NCBI GenBank assembly: GCA_002269645.1
Contig: NIVC01001992.1
Location: 62,001 to 126,000 of the forward strand
Reading direction: 5' to 3'
Source of the DNA: Macrostomum lignano
Lineage: Eukaryota
Length of the DNA stretch: 64,000 nucleotides
Part shown: positions 12,301-24,457 of the stretch, piece by piece
Position numbering within the stretch: the first letter of the stretch is position 1
How the letters are laid out: each line of letters starts with the position of its first letter
The notes under the pieces: generated by a model
What the model saw: only the letters and a program-made list of their open reading frames with translations
Databases searched by the model: none
What the model was told of the DNA's origin: nothing
Position numbers and translations under genes: made by a program

Positions 12301-14176
12301 TTCTCACTTGTGACTCTACTCTAACAAACCTCTGTTAATCTTTATTCTATTTAGAAACCCAACTAATTTCTATGAATTCCTTGCTAATAATTGAGGGAAT
12401 TGCAGCCTAGTGGTTAGAGCGTCGGACACACGACTGAAAGGTCAGGGGTTCGATTCTCGTCCTACTCGATACAATTTGTGTCTTTGAGCAAGACCTGAGG
12501 TGCCAGCATTAGATGGGGTAACTGAGGGTGTGTGTGGCGACCCCCCCCCCCAGTCCTTGGACTGAACAGCCGTACGCAACCTTCAGATGCGATGGCTGCG
12601 GCTGAGCTGTCGGTTGCACATCTGGCCATTAGGGCAGGCGTAATCTGTTATTATTATTAATAAATATTGATGTACCGTTTATCGTATTCTCTATAAGAAA
12701 TCACATTAAACCCAATCCCAACACAATTCTAAGCGCATTCCTAAAAAAGTTTGAGCTCACGCAGGCAGCCAAAAACGCTGAGTCAACTGAGCGAGACGCC
12801 AATATTAGGGGCGACGGCGCAGAGGCTAAAGCCCACCCCACCAGGCCACCACCCCACAGCGCGGACAGAGGGAGAGAGAAAGTACGCAAGGCGACACAAG
12901 GCGGGGGCATAGGAGAGGGGTTTAAAACTGGTTATTGGCTAGTCAAGACCAGTCACAAACCAACACATTATTGTAAATTCCTAGAAAATCTCGGTTATTG
13001 CAAATTCCTAGAAAATATTAGTCATTACGAGCTACATTCTTATCCTGTTTCTCCCATTCCCATAAATTCCCGTTTTTGCTGTTTCTTAGAAACTCTCATT
13101 CATTCCATTCCTAGAATATCAGGCCATTTATCCTTTTTCAAAAATTTTCTATTCATTTCGCGTCTCAAAAAGCCTCTCTCTATTAATTTATCCTAGCCCA
13201 TTCTTAGAATACCACAAGTACCATGCCATGCCATAGTCCATGTGATTCGTATATTTCACGAAATCCAAAATGCTCAATACAGTGCCGTTACCGTTACTCT
13301 ACTGCAGAATACTACAGGAAGAAAGACGACAGCATAGTCGGCCAGTCCGTGGTGTACTTTGCGGACACCCCGGCTGCCTTCGCTGACCAGCCGGCGGCAC
13401 CCAACAGGCGGAACTCGCCGAAACAGCTGAACCTGAGCCGCATTGTGGATCTGGTGAGTGCCCACTGGACTGCGGGACCTCCCCCTCTTCCATGGAGCTC
13501 TAAAGTGTCACATCTGGATTGGAAACCCAGAGGTAACTGTAGTCTGCACATTTAGTATTGGCTAGTCTTTCGCCCAAGGGCCGCTGTGTTTAGTAAGACA
13601 CGGGAAGCATTTTCTAAACGTCTGCAAGTTTTAACAACTTTTTGTGAAAAGGTTTTATGAGTACGAGCGTATTAAAACAAATAAATTTTCCCAATGTGTG
13701 CTAAATTATCGACAGATATTTTAATTTTGGGCCAAGCCAAATGTAGATCAAACGGAGAGTTAGGGTTAAGCCATGGCTTACGAGAGGGAGGCTTCAATGC
13801 CAATGCTCACAAGGGATGCTAATATCTTAGGCTGGACAGCCGGCTTTCAGGTCTGATGCTTTTTTACTTTATAACATCATTTTCCTTAGGATACTAGCAA
13901 TAGCGACCGTACACAGTGGCGCAGATCGCTTGTTTCACCTTCATGCATGTATACTCTGTACCTTGGGGCTCATATATATTCCTAAGGCCAACTGCAGTAT
14001 TTCCTATCCTAAACTGCCAGGCGCCAATCGCTGTTACGGACCAGACGCCAATGTTTGTTGTCTTGGAAATGTTTCGCAAACTGGGCCTCAGACAGACTCT
14101 GGTAACGCGAAATGGTCGCTTATTGGGCGTCATCACAAAGAAGGACGCACTTCGATATCTGGAAAATCTTTCTTAG
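6376..14176 (+). CDS. CLCN3: CLC-3/4/5-type endosomal Cl-/H+ exchanger with CBS domains, 8 coding exons, 839 aa
   Basis: Exons 6376-6616, 7274-7465, 8474-8631, 9347-10072, 10749-11030, 11667-12285, 13308-13453, 14021-14176. All introns are GT-AG and phase-consistent; total 2520 nt. Motifs: [20 protein letters not shown] (gating Glu), LEEASY (proton Glu), [13 protein letters not shown], and CBS-domain [19 protein letters not shown]. The exact paralogue (3/4/5) cannot be resolved, and exon 1 is less certain than the rest. Confidence 0.93.
7459..8445. repeat. 20-bp minisatellite (~49 units) in CLC intron 2; the unit contains the exon end and splice donor
   Basis: Unit GCTGCCGGTGAGGGGTGATG. A variant block TGCAGCCTGCCGGTGAGTTGTGATGGCTGATGG recurs at ~8001 and ~8248, indicating a higher-order duplication. 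Confidence 0.95.
8740..9320. repeat. ~25-26 bp minisatellite in CLC intron 3
   Basis: Unit CTAGCTCCCATCCAATCAGCATCGAA, about 22 copies. Confidence 0.95.
10095..10650. repeat. 16-bp/8-bp minisatellite in CLC intron 4
   Basis: Unit CATCATTCAGATGCTT repeated. It produces the spurious [16 protein letters not shown] ORFs. Confidence 0.95.
11310..11645. repeat. Degenerate ~47-bp tandem repeat in CLC intron 5
   Basis: ATTTAGTAGTCCCTGACCGCCCTCTTCACCTCTCCAATCCATGTTT-like units, about 6-7 copies. Confidence 0.8.
12394..12665 (+). mobile_element. tRNA-derived SINE, internally deleted copy, in CLC intron 6
   Basis: A-box-like GCCTAGTGGTTAGAGC and B-box GGTTCGATTC (~12447). Body shared with the copy at 27155 (ACAATTTGTGTCTT.GAGCAAGAC ... 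GGTGCCAGCATTAG.TGGGGTAA.TGAGGGTGTGTG). (TTA)n tail at ~12648. Confidence 0.8.
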
Positions 14177-14389
14177 CGCGCATTTCGACGGCGCAAAAGT
14201 GGAATAACAGGCGGAATTTTATTGATCGGTATTGATTGTGCCTGACCTTTTATACTGCTAATGCGAATTTGATGACGTAATCGCGCGTGTACTTGTAAGG
14301 GCGGGGGTTGACTAATATTTGAAGAAAGGGTTGGCTGATCTACATTTAGATAGTGTTGGCTAATGTACTCGTAAATTGGGACAGAAATT

Positions 14390-14810
14390 TTAGCTAATGT
14401 ACGCTTGGACGGACGGTTAGCTAATGTACATTGGGGCAGAGCATGGATGAAGGAATACACTATATACACTATAGTATTCCTTCATCCATGGGGCAGAAGT
14501 TCAGCTAATGTCCATTGGGGCAGAGGTTTAGCTACTGTACATTGGGGCAGATGTTTAGCTAATGTCCATTGGGGCAGAGGTTTAGCTACTGTACATTGGG
14601 GCAGAGGTTTAGCTAATATATGTACATTGGGGCAGAGGTTTAGCTAATATATGTACATTGGGGCAGAGGTTTAGCTAATGTCCATTGGGGCAGAGGTTTA
14701 GCTACTGTACATTGGGGCAGAGGTTTAGCTTCTGTACATTGGGGCAGAGGTTTAGCTAATGTACTTTTAAGCAGAGGTTTAGCTAATGTGCGTTTAAGCA
14801 GAGGGTTAAC
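14390..14810. repeat. ~30-bp minisatellite downstream of the CLC stop
   Basis: Unit CTAATGTACATTGGGGCAGAGGTTTAGCTA-like, about 12 copies. Confidence 0.9.
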
Positions 14811-16766
14811 TAATTAAAGTTTGTAACAGAAAGTTAAAAAAAGTTTAATTTCACAAAAAAAGTCTCGGCAGACATCACTTGTTTACTTACTATTAGGGTG
14901 ATGGTTTTTTGTAAACTTTCATTGCTCAGTCTGTGCCAATAGCTCATCGACGATAAAAAGTGAAACATTTATCTAAAGCATTCTTTACATTTATAATCGC
15001 TATATTTATTTATTTGCTAATCTGCTGATCAAACTATGGATAATTCTTGTAACTTCCAAGTGCCTTAAAGCTCTACAGGCTAATGCTTAACTTAGCTTGG
15101 TATATTTTGAACTTTTAAAATTTGCAGGACTTCTTCCTGGTTTCATTCTAAACGCAAGATTTGAGATTCAAATTCCAAGATATTTAAACAATCCATGTTG
15201 TATACGAGCTACTTTCATCACTGAATGCCTGGCTCAATATTTATACATTTATATTATTTATCTTTAAAGAAGAATTTTACTTAATTTTTATAGCAATTCT
15301 TTTCCTGAACAGGTTTTATAGTATTTCTATAAAAATACTTAGATTTTTTTTTTATTTTTCCGGTTTTTTCATCGCTCAGCTTCCTTAAGGTGTGAATACG
15401 GTAGAGAAAGCATTCAAGATAAAGATAAACATTGAAACACATTTACTTAATTTGAGTAATAAAACAAGCGTGTCTACTAACAGATTGGGCAGCTCAAACA
15501 GTAATATTCATTTCTTAATTTGTTATTTTTTTATTTGCAACACCGTCAAATAGACGCGCGCTCTCCGGTTACAAAAACAAATTAAGGGACAAAAAGGTTT
15601 TTTTGTAAGCAGTGATAGCTGTTGGAGTTCATTAATATTAGTTTTTGAATGCAACTATGAATATTAAATAATGAAACAATATTGCCGACTGACAATTTAG
15701 ACCATCCTACATTTGTGTTTATACTTGTAACTCTACAGTATATCTTATACAAGGACTGTTAAATTAGAAGTACATGTACACAAATTATACACTATACGAG
15801 AATATCCATTCTTTGTTTTTATATTGACTGGATTCAGTCACGTGTTAAAATATGTACTTTTTTTCTCTACTGAATTCTGGACAAAAAAACTTTGAAGGCC
15901 GATTTTATCTCTGTGTTTGTTAAGAAAGCGATATCTGTTCAACTGTTTAAAATAACAAAAAATCTCTGCTTGAAAATGAAATCTTAAATAAGCTGACATG
16001 CCAATTCCGTCATTCTCACGCAAGCAAAAAGCAGAAAAAATCGTGTACGAACTGCATCACTTGTTCTGCAGCACAAGAGCAAACAACATAAGTAGCTATG
16101 CTTTCGGCCTCTGCAGTTTACCAGGATGGCCAAGCAAGTCTGAAGAGAAAGGCGAAGCAGAAAGTGAAACAGAGAACAACATTTTGTTTCTTAGAAAGGC
16201 AAAAAACCGCGAGATTCTGGTGGAATTTAAATTCAAATTTAGTGTAAATTAACAAAAAAAGTTTTTATGTAGCCGAGATCGAGATTCAAAAGGGGTAACT
16301 CTAGGTGTACAACTATTTACTGAGCATTTAAATCGAAAAATATATTCCACGAAATTTTCATGCAATTATAACAAATTAATTAGAGCAAACGGTAAGAGGC
16401 CCGAAAAGACAATTGACTACTAACCACAAAACTCTTTTTGACCTGTCCTAGACAAAAAGGTAACGGTTCTTCGTCGAGAATGTGCAGTACATTTACTTTT
16501 GAAGTCCGTGGTTCGAATCTCTGTTGTCTAATTAGCTTTCCGAATTCCATATAGGGCTATTCTCTGTCCACAACACGACAACATGGTGCTTTCGTAACAA
16601 ACACTAAAAAAACAAAAATTTGACAGATGTGCAGAATTGCAGAGCGTGAAAAATTTGAGCGAATTTTGACACTATAGCTACGCGTGAACTACTTGCTGAG
16701 GAAGCAAGACTTAGTAGCAAAAAGGGCGCAATTGAGTTTTGTCTATAAAAATTACAAATAATAAGC

Positions 16767-19700
16767 TCAACTAGCCGCCTCGAACATTGAGTAGGGATTG
16801 TCCTTTTTTAGCGACTTCTTTCCCTCCTCGCCCGGGCCTTTGGGCACCTCGGTAAGGGCAAACAGGCGCAGAGTCTGGAAATCGCTGGGCCCGCCTCGGT
16901 CTACCAGTTTCGGCGTTAAACGCTCGTTTCGAAGCCTTGGCGAATTGAGGGTGGAGGTTAAATTAGGTGCAGTGTGTTTTAAAAAATATCATTTCGAAAC
17001 TATCAAAAATGGTTCAATAAAAATATCTACAAGGGTCATCCAACAATAAGCTTTGATTGAGTAAGGGATAGAATTCAGGGCTATGCACATCTGCTGCAGC
17101 CAATTATCGTCTAGTAAGGGATGGAAATTAGGGATATGCACATTTGTCAGCCAAATGAGCGTCTAGTAAGGGATAGAATTCAGAGCTTTGCACATCTGTC
17201 AGCCAATTAGCGTCTAGAAGGGTATAGAATTCAGATCTATGCACATTTGTCAGCCAATGAGCGTCTAGTAAGAGATAGAATTCAAATCTATGCACATCTG
17301 TCAGCCAATAAGCGAGGACCGAGGAGTAAGAGATAAAGCTCAGAGCTATTTATATCTGCCAGGCAATGAGAATCCAGTAAGGTATAGAATTCGAGGCAAT
17401 GCACATACAATTGAGTGGCAAGTAGTTTGCCGATTTCGAGCAGGAATTCATCTGATTCTATTCATATATACTACAAGTCAACAAAAAATTTCTACCAAAT
17501 TAAGAGATCAGTAGGGTGAAAAGGGTTATCCAGAACTTAGTCCTCACCGTTTTCCTTTGCCATCGACATAGGACTTTTCCCGCACCATGGCGCTGATCTC
17601 CGTGTCGTCCAGCAACTTTTGTTGCTTCTGTAAAAATGTCACCTGCTGTTGTTGTGGCTGCTGCTGTTGCTGCTGCTGCGGCTGTCCGGTGACACTTCCG
17701 CCGCTTGCTCCATTCTCATCCAGTGTTGTTTTTTCCTTATCCAGCTCTTTTATGGCTAGTGGCTCCGGCATGGACTTTGGATCAACGAGCACATCAATCG
17801 GCACCTTTAGCGGCCCGAACGAGTCCTCATTGTATAGGCTCCACTCGGTGGATTGGCCAAAGGTGCCAACGTACTCGCCTCGGCGCGTCCAAATTCGCAC
17901 GGTGAAATCCTCGGACGCTGTGACTACAAAGACTCGCTTCTGCATCAGCGTCACCACGTCTACTTGGCTGACAGTTTCCGTATGGGCGCGCCAGCGGAAC
18001 AGCAGCTCCGGGCAGAGGCTCTCGGGACCGTGCAGCGCGTACTCGTAGATGCTCCAGATGGAGACGTGGCCGAACCGGTCTCCGGTAACCAGGATCGTGT
18101 CATTGACGTCGACGCTCATGGCGGAGACCATGTGGCCGTGGCCGGGGTGGTTCTGAAACTGCGAGTACAGCTTGCCGCCCTGGTAGATGTTCCACAGGTG
18201 AATGCGACCCCGGGGTCCGGAGGCCAGGAGGCTCGCCGCCTCTCTGTTGCCCGCCCTGGTGCGCAGGAACAGCACGCGCGTCACCGACAGGTCGCCATCA
18301 AGGCACTCGTCCTCGTAGTCTGACGGCGGCGGCGGTGGTGGGATTTTGCAGTAGACGTGGCCGCTCACCGTGTTCCAGACTATGATGCTGCCGTCGTAGG
18401 AGCTGGTGGCCAGGTGGTTGGGCGGGCTGGACGCCACACTCAGGATGTCCTCGGTGTGCCCTCGCAGCTTGTCGTCTTTCCAGTAGTTCTCCGGGTACTG
18501 CACAGACTGAACGGCCTCGCCGCAGTCGTCCATGAACAGGCTGATTCTGCGGTCCCAGCCGACAGCGACAATAAAGCGGTTCTTGCTGACTTCCATGTAC
18601 AGAACCGCCGTGACCTCGGAGCGGCTGTGTCGGTCGCTCGATCGCAGGTGCAGCTCGCGCAGGCAGTGGCCGTTATTGTAATTCCAAACCCGGATGCTGC
18701 CAGCCCGGGAGCCAGTAACCAAGCGGCGGCCTGTGAAGTCCAGGCAGAGGCAGGTGGTGGCCGAGCCTACGTGGCTGGTGAATTCAAAAACCTTTTTGCC
18801 ATTCTCCACCTCCCAGACCTTCACTACGGAGTTCTCTGAAGCGCTGATGACGTGCTTAAAAGTCGGATTGTAAATCGCGCAGGTGATGGCCTCCTTGTGC
18901 GTCAGAGGGATGTCCGCCTGCACCTTCTGCTTCACCTTGATGTTGAGGATGGACACAACGTCTGTGGTGGCCAGCATCAGGGATTTGCTCTGCGGTGAAT
19001 AGTGAAAGCTCTGCAAGTCGCCGCGCACTTTGTGACCCTTAGGACGGATAGTGAGCAGACGGTTCTGGTCCAGGATGTCCCACACCTCGATGCACTTGTC
19101 CTGATAGACGCTGAATAGCCGGTTCTCGTCAGCCGCAATAGTCAGGTAGACAATTGGCGCACTGTGGCCTTGAAGGGTGCCGATCGGCTTCGAATTGACG
19201 TACGGATTCCAGATGCGAATAATGCGGTCCATCCCGCCCGTGACCAGGATGTTCTTCTGCTTGGAGATGTCGAACGTGCGAACCCCTTTGTGCACATAAA
19301 AGACTGTCTGGTCGGTGGCTTTGCGCAGCCGAGGCTGCATGATCGGCGAGATGAAGCTGCCTGGCTGAGCCTTCGGCGCCTGGACGGCACCGGCTCCCGC
19401 TCCAGCTGCAGCCATCGCGTCGCTGTCGCGCGCGGCCGCCCCCGAGCCATCGTGGTGATCCACAAGCGTCGACCCAATGCTGCAGCCGATCACCAAAGCC
19501 GTCGACTCGTCGTTCGAACAGCTGACCACCTGACGCAGAAATTCGTCGAATCGGATCTGGGCCACCCAGTCGTTGTGCACCTTCCAGCGGATGTACTCGA
19601 CCAGGCCTCCACTGTCCAGTGCGCGCTCCAGCGTCACCGCCGCGATGCCTTCGCTTTTCGGCTTCTTTTTCCAAGTTCGAAGACTTTCGCCAGTCTTGTG

Positions 19701-20798
19701 CAGCACAAGGATGTTCACGCAGCCGTTTTCGTCGCCCCAGAACAGCATCGACTCGTTGGAGTCGGTCTTCTTGTGACAAGTGTAGTCCAGGTTGAGGGGC
19801 ACCGAGTACAGGCCGGTCAGCTTGCAGTACGGCTCAAAGTTCGACAGCTCAAAGAACTCTAACTCGCGATCGCCGGTAGACACGACAATCTTTGTGAACT
19901 CGTTGATGATCATAAAGTGAGTTATCCACTTCTGCTTGGTTCGCTGCGTCTGTTCCGGCGTAATAATCGATCTTTTTCGCTTTAATTCGAGTTGCGAGTT
20001 CCAGAAAGACACGAGACCGTCTGAGCTGGCGCAGGCGAAACTGCCGTCGCTGAGGCCGACGATACGCACGATGGCGTCTCGGTGGATTGTGGTCTTTACC
20101 CTGGCGGGCAAGATAAACTTGATCTCCTTGTCCTTGAAGTATTGGCTCTCTTTCTCTTGGAATTCCAACTGCATGTAGGTGCAGAACTCGTCCCAGCTGA
20201 TGTAGCCGTTGCTGCTCCAGTCGATCTTCTGGAAGAGAGCGTCCAACTGGTTAAGTTTCGCGGTCGGCAAGTTGAGCAGGCGCCTCATCTCTTCCTTGAA
20301 CATCTTCAAATCGATTGACTCGTTCGAGTATTGAGCGAAGATCTTCTTGACCTTCTTCAGCTTGGCCAGGTCGATGTGCTCTTCGACTTTGCCGCGCAGA
20401 ATTGAGCCAATTTTTTCGTACTCGACCCGGTTGAGAAAGTACTTGTCTATGGCCTGCAGGTTGTCCGTCCGGTCAATGGTCGGCCTGCGCTGCTGCCGAA
20501 AGGTCCTCGCCTCGGCACGAGGCGATCGCGGACGTCGGGCAGAGCAACGCGCCTCGGCCGAGCTGACGACGCTGCCAGCGACCTCAGCTACTGACAGTGC
20601 GCCGCCTGCTGTCATCGGCCTGTCAACCAGCTTCGGTTGCATCGACTGTCGCTCGTCCAGCAGGCCAGTCACGTAGTGCTTTGGATGCGTCTCCAGATAG
20701 CCGGAGGCGGTAGCCGGGCGCTGCAGGACGCCGTTTACCAGCATGCTGCTGGGCTTCAGTACCGGCCCGGGCAGCTGGGTGTGCTCGCGACTCAGCAT
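16767..20798 (-). CDS. EF-hand + WD40-repeat protein (WDR49/WDR95/WDY-like), 1139 aa
   Basis: Exon 20798-17548 (3251 nt) is joined in phase 2 (CG|gtgag ... ccaag|G) to exon 16935-16767 (RLRNERLTPKLVDRGGPSDFQTLRLF...FEAAS*). EF loop DWSSNGYISWDEF. WD repeats include GGMDRIIRIWN, LQGHSAPI, ASENSVVKVWE, GSRAGSIRVWN, RGHTEDIL..SSYDGSIIVWN and ASEDFTVRIWT. An acceptor (ttttaag) just upstream of the ATG implies a further 5' exon. Confidence 0.88.
17050..17400. repeat. ~55-60 bp tandem repeat in the WD40 gene intron
   Basis: GTAAGGGATAGAATTCAG.GCTATGCACATCTGTCAGCCAAT.AGCGTCTA, about 6 copies. Confidence 0.85.
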
Positions 20799-21831
20799 TG
20801 CGGCGGTCCGGTACCTTAAAACGGAGTTTGGTATAATTTATTTATTAATGCGGTTGTTTGGTTAAAGTTTTTTTCAGCTTCACAATAGTGTTACAGAATA
20901 GATCTTATTTCGCTACACCAAAGGAGCTATTAATGAAATAATGCATCTTTCTACTAATTATATAACATAATCAAATAATACATACGTGTAAACATATATA
21001 CTTGTGAATATATATTTTTATATACCCCGCGTTGAAATCTCCGTGAACGATCCCAACAATCCGGTTGTGGTTGCACCGACAGCATCTGACAAACCATATA
21101 AGTGCACAGTAAAGTACAATACAAAAACTAATAATATTTTTAAATATTGCTCTATAACATCTGGTAAAATAAAAAACTAAAAATTGTTCCCCGATTAATT
21201 TTCTATAATACTATCTAATATTGGGGTCTAATCCACAAAAAAATATAACATCTGAGCATTATCGGAATATCCCACTGCAATTAAAACAAAACATAAAGTA
21301 AGTTTAAATTTATATGAGAAAGGATATCAGTAATATGTCTTAAAAGCATAATCTTCAAAAAAGTCTAAATGATTAATAAATGAAAAAGTTACAATTTCTG
21401 TATTTTAGGGTTTAAAAAAATTAAGACTTTTGCATAATAAATATATTACATTTTGAAACTACTTAAATGAATTTATATTTCATCCACATGTCTACATTGA
21501 CATATAAGCTGTGGTTTATAGTGATCATTACAAAAATGCAGTTCATGGCATGCACTGAGTTCTATACGAAAATAAATGACAAAATAAGGCGCTTAAGCTT
21601 ATTTGAAAAATAGAGGAAGCAATAAAATTCAGAATAAGAAGCAAAAGTTTTTAAAACAGTCACTTGTTGGGCAGCGCAGCTAGAGCTAGGTAATAGCTAT
21701 CATGTCTATTAACATTCTTCAAATCGAAGGATAAAGAGGAGGCTGCTGGATCTTTGATGTGTACTTTTTACATTTTTATTGTACATTTTGCGACGAATTA
21801 ACTTCGTTATTTATCGTTTTATAAACATTAG

Positions 21832-22266
21832 TGACGCTGGCTGCCTACAAAATCCAATAAACTTGAATAAAATTGAAAAAACTGAATTTGATCCGACTCT
21901 GGTAATTTCTATAGCAAGATATGTTTATAACAAATTGATAGCAAATAAGCGGTAAGTCTTTATTAAATTATATTTTGATAGCTTCGAAATTAATTTTAAC
22001 ATTTGCTTAAGTATTAGGTAACAGATATAATTTTTAGTGATCCCTGTTAATACCATACTGGTTTAAATTTACGTCGTAATTACTAGTACCTCGGGCCTCA
22101 GCATAGGCCAGACACTGGCAACTTATTGCCGGGCGCGTATGCATATGTGCATAGATGGCACATTGGTCTGAATTCTGATGAAAAATTTGATGATGATATT
22201 TTTTCGGAGTCCTTCAGTCTTTCTGGTTCTCAAAAAAATCCGCCAAAAAAACAACCGCGCTGCTAA
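21832..22266 (+). CDS. Candidate small spliced gene, partial and unidentified
   Basis: tag|21832-21901|gtaatt and tag|22087-22266 splice in frame to DAGCLQNPINLNKIEKTEFDPTL-YLGPQHRPDTGNLLPGAYAYVHRWHIGLNSDEKFDDDIFSESF...KKQPRC*. No start exon was found. Confidence 0.35.
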
Positions 22267-22783
22267 ATATATTTTTGTCATAAATGCCCTGCATGTATAA
22301 ATAAGCTTTAATTTCTACATTTAAAAATTATTACATTTTTTGTTTATGCAATTGGGTACTCGCTGTAAACTTACATCTCAAATACTGTTCCTCTGCATTA
22401 CATTGAATGCATTACATGCAGCTAGCTGTACCCTTATAAGGTGTTTATGATCAGTACAAAATTTTCATACACATTAATTTTTGGCATTATAGGTTTTATA
22501 GGTTTCTCCAAATTACATATAAATGTATACATTGTAAACTGTAGTTCTACGGCAGCATACAGTGCACATTAGATCTACAGTTAAATCTTGCACAGCTGTT
22601 TACGCTTCGTACATGTACACGGATCACGACCAAAGGACGACTTAACGATATTTAATTCGCCCTTGATTGTTGTTTCACGTTACTTTACTCCAACCCACAT
22701 TTGCATTGTAACACATGTACATGTTATATGTATAGCCATTTAGTTGTCGAACAATAGATAAAATTGGTATCCTGCAGATTTCT

Positions 22784-23389
22784 ATGAATCTACATGGTAT
22801 TCGTGGTATCGATTTTACAGCTCAACAAACCATATAACTATATTCATTGTACCATGCTGTACGCTCATAATTTAATTAAAGCTACTAAAAATACATGACA
22901 ATGTATTTGTGCATATGATTTTGTTATAGAAAATGATTAATTTTACTCGTGAAAAATTAATCATTGTCTGCCTCCAAAACAATATATATACACAATCTAT
23001 TATTAACTTACGACCATAAACAAACTGCAAAGCGGTAAAGATTGAATGAAAAAACCGTAGATTCCACATGCGCAAAGGAGAAAAATGCCGACGCCGGCAA
23101 AATGGACAAGCAATGGAAAAGTTTCCAAGAATCGCGGAAATCGGTAAGCAGCACAGAGTGGATCTCGTTCGATGAACTGAGGCTTCACACTGACGAGAAC
23201 AGCTGCTGGATTGCGTTAGAAGGCCTAGTCTTCGACGTTACCAGCTACTTAAAATTCCACCCAGGCGGCAAAGACAAGCTGCTGGAAGTGGCCGGCCGGG
23301 ATGCAACTAACGAATTCCGCTTGATCCACCGGTACGTGAACTTCAAAGCTGTGCTGCGCAAATTCTACCTGGGAAAGTTGAAATACTAA
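22784..23389 (+). CDS. Stand-alone cytochrome b5 heme-binding protein (CYB5R4/Irc21-type b5 domain), ~113 aa
   Basis: Main exon 23061-23389: ELRLHTDENSCWIALEGLVFDVTSYLKFHPGGKDKLLEVAGRDATNEFRLIHRYVN, with both axial His present. Probable micro-exon 22784-22796 (ATG AAT CTA CAT G|gtattc) joins in phase 1; the alternative start is ATG 23102. Confidence 0.85.
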
Positions 23390-24457
23390 CTGTACAAAGC
23401 TTTTGTTTGTATTACAAAACTTTCTTGTTTTAATTTTAAAGCTATAAATAAAAATTAAAAGTAAGCTTTCTAGCAATATTGACTTTAAAATCTTTCAGTA
23501 CTGGACTCTTTCAGTTTCAATTATTTGCAAACCAATTTAATTGTACATTGTAGTAAAAGATGCACCTGGTTTTTTTTTCAAATGTTTCTGCTTCTATTTT
23601 TTAGTTTCTAAAAGTATTGCTCACCCTAATTTTATTAGTCCATTGTACCATTAGTATTTTTTCTATTGAATGTGTGCTTAACTTTTGTTTTGAAGTTGAT
23701 TTATTTTTTGCTTGTGCCATTTCCCTTGTGCATACAAGTTTTATTTCATGAGCATATATGTGTATTTGTTTACATTTTCACAAATAAATATGTCTACTTT
23801 ATTTTAATTGTTCAATGACATTTGCTTTTGTTCTGGCAGCTTACTAGCACAATACTAAAAGTGCAGAATCAAATAAGAAAGTCCTGTCATAACTCGTGTT
23901 CTTTATTGGAATTAAATTAGTGCATTGGGGTTTTATAAATGGATTACTAAACAGATCTTGGAAGATTTGATAAGACGGACAATGCATTCAATTGGTAAAG
24001 CTTAATACATCTTACAAGATCTGCCCAGATCTCCTAAGATCTGCTCGTGCAGACCGTGCAAGATCTTCCTGCAGATCTTGTAAGTTCTGCCTATATATTT
24101 TAATAGTGCAGATCTGTTACGTTCTTGCAAGAACGTAGCGAGAAGCTCCAGACAGATCTGCTAAGAAATGGCATGACGATTTCATCTAGGGTAATGGCGT
24201 GCTCGGAAACAAATTGGTTGAGATTAGATAAGAGTTTGTCTTCGGTTTTCGGCTTTGGCCAAGGTGAGGCAACCAAAGGCCCAGCCGCTGCAATTGCAAT
24301 TGGACCTGATCATGGTGATGCAAGTCTATTCAGCTGCGTAATAACCACAGCAGGGGCGTCGCTACCGAGGGGGGGGGGTGGGCAGGGGGACATATTCCCC
24401 CATTAAAATCTATGGGGGACATCCTAAAGCTTTGTCCCCCCCAACAACACCATGACC

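Noticed and set aside
12394-12470. Possible tRNA gene (A-box and B-box)
   Set aside because: No complete acceptor stem or oligo-T terminator; it continues into a SINE body shared with 27155.
15998-16252. 84-aa ORF between the CLC and WD40 genes
   Set aside because: AT-rich with no recognisable motif or convincing splice context; likely UTR or intergenic.
17587-20819. Many overlapping ORFs on the plus strand and in alternative frames across the WD40 exon
   Set aside because: Typical antisense or shadow ORFs of GC-rich coding sequence. The same applies around the CLC, RPL15 and LRR exons.
24351-24457. CAGGGGCGTCGCTA as the left end of a host hAT MITE
   Set aside because: No convincing matching right TIR or TSD was found after 26894, so it is not reported as a delimited element.
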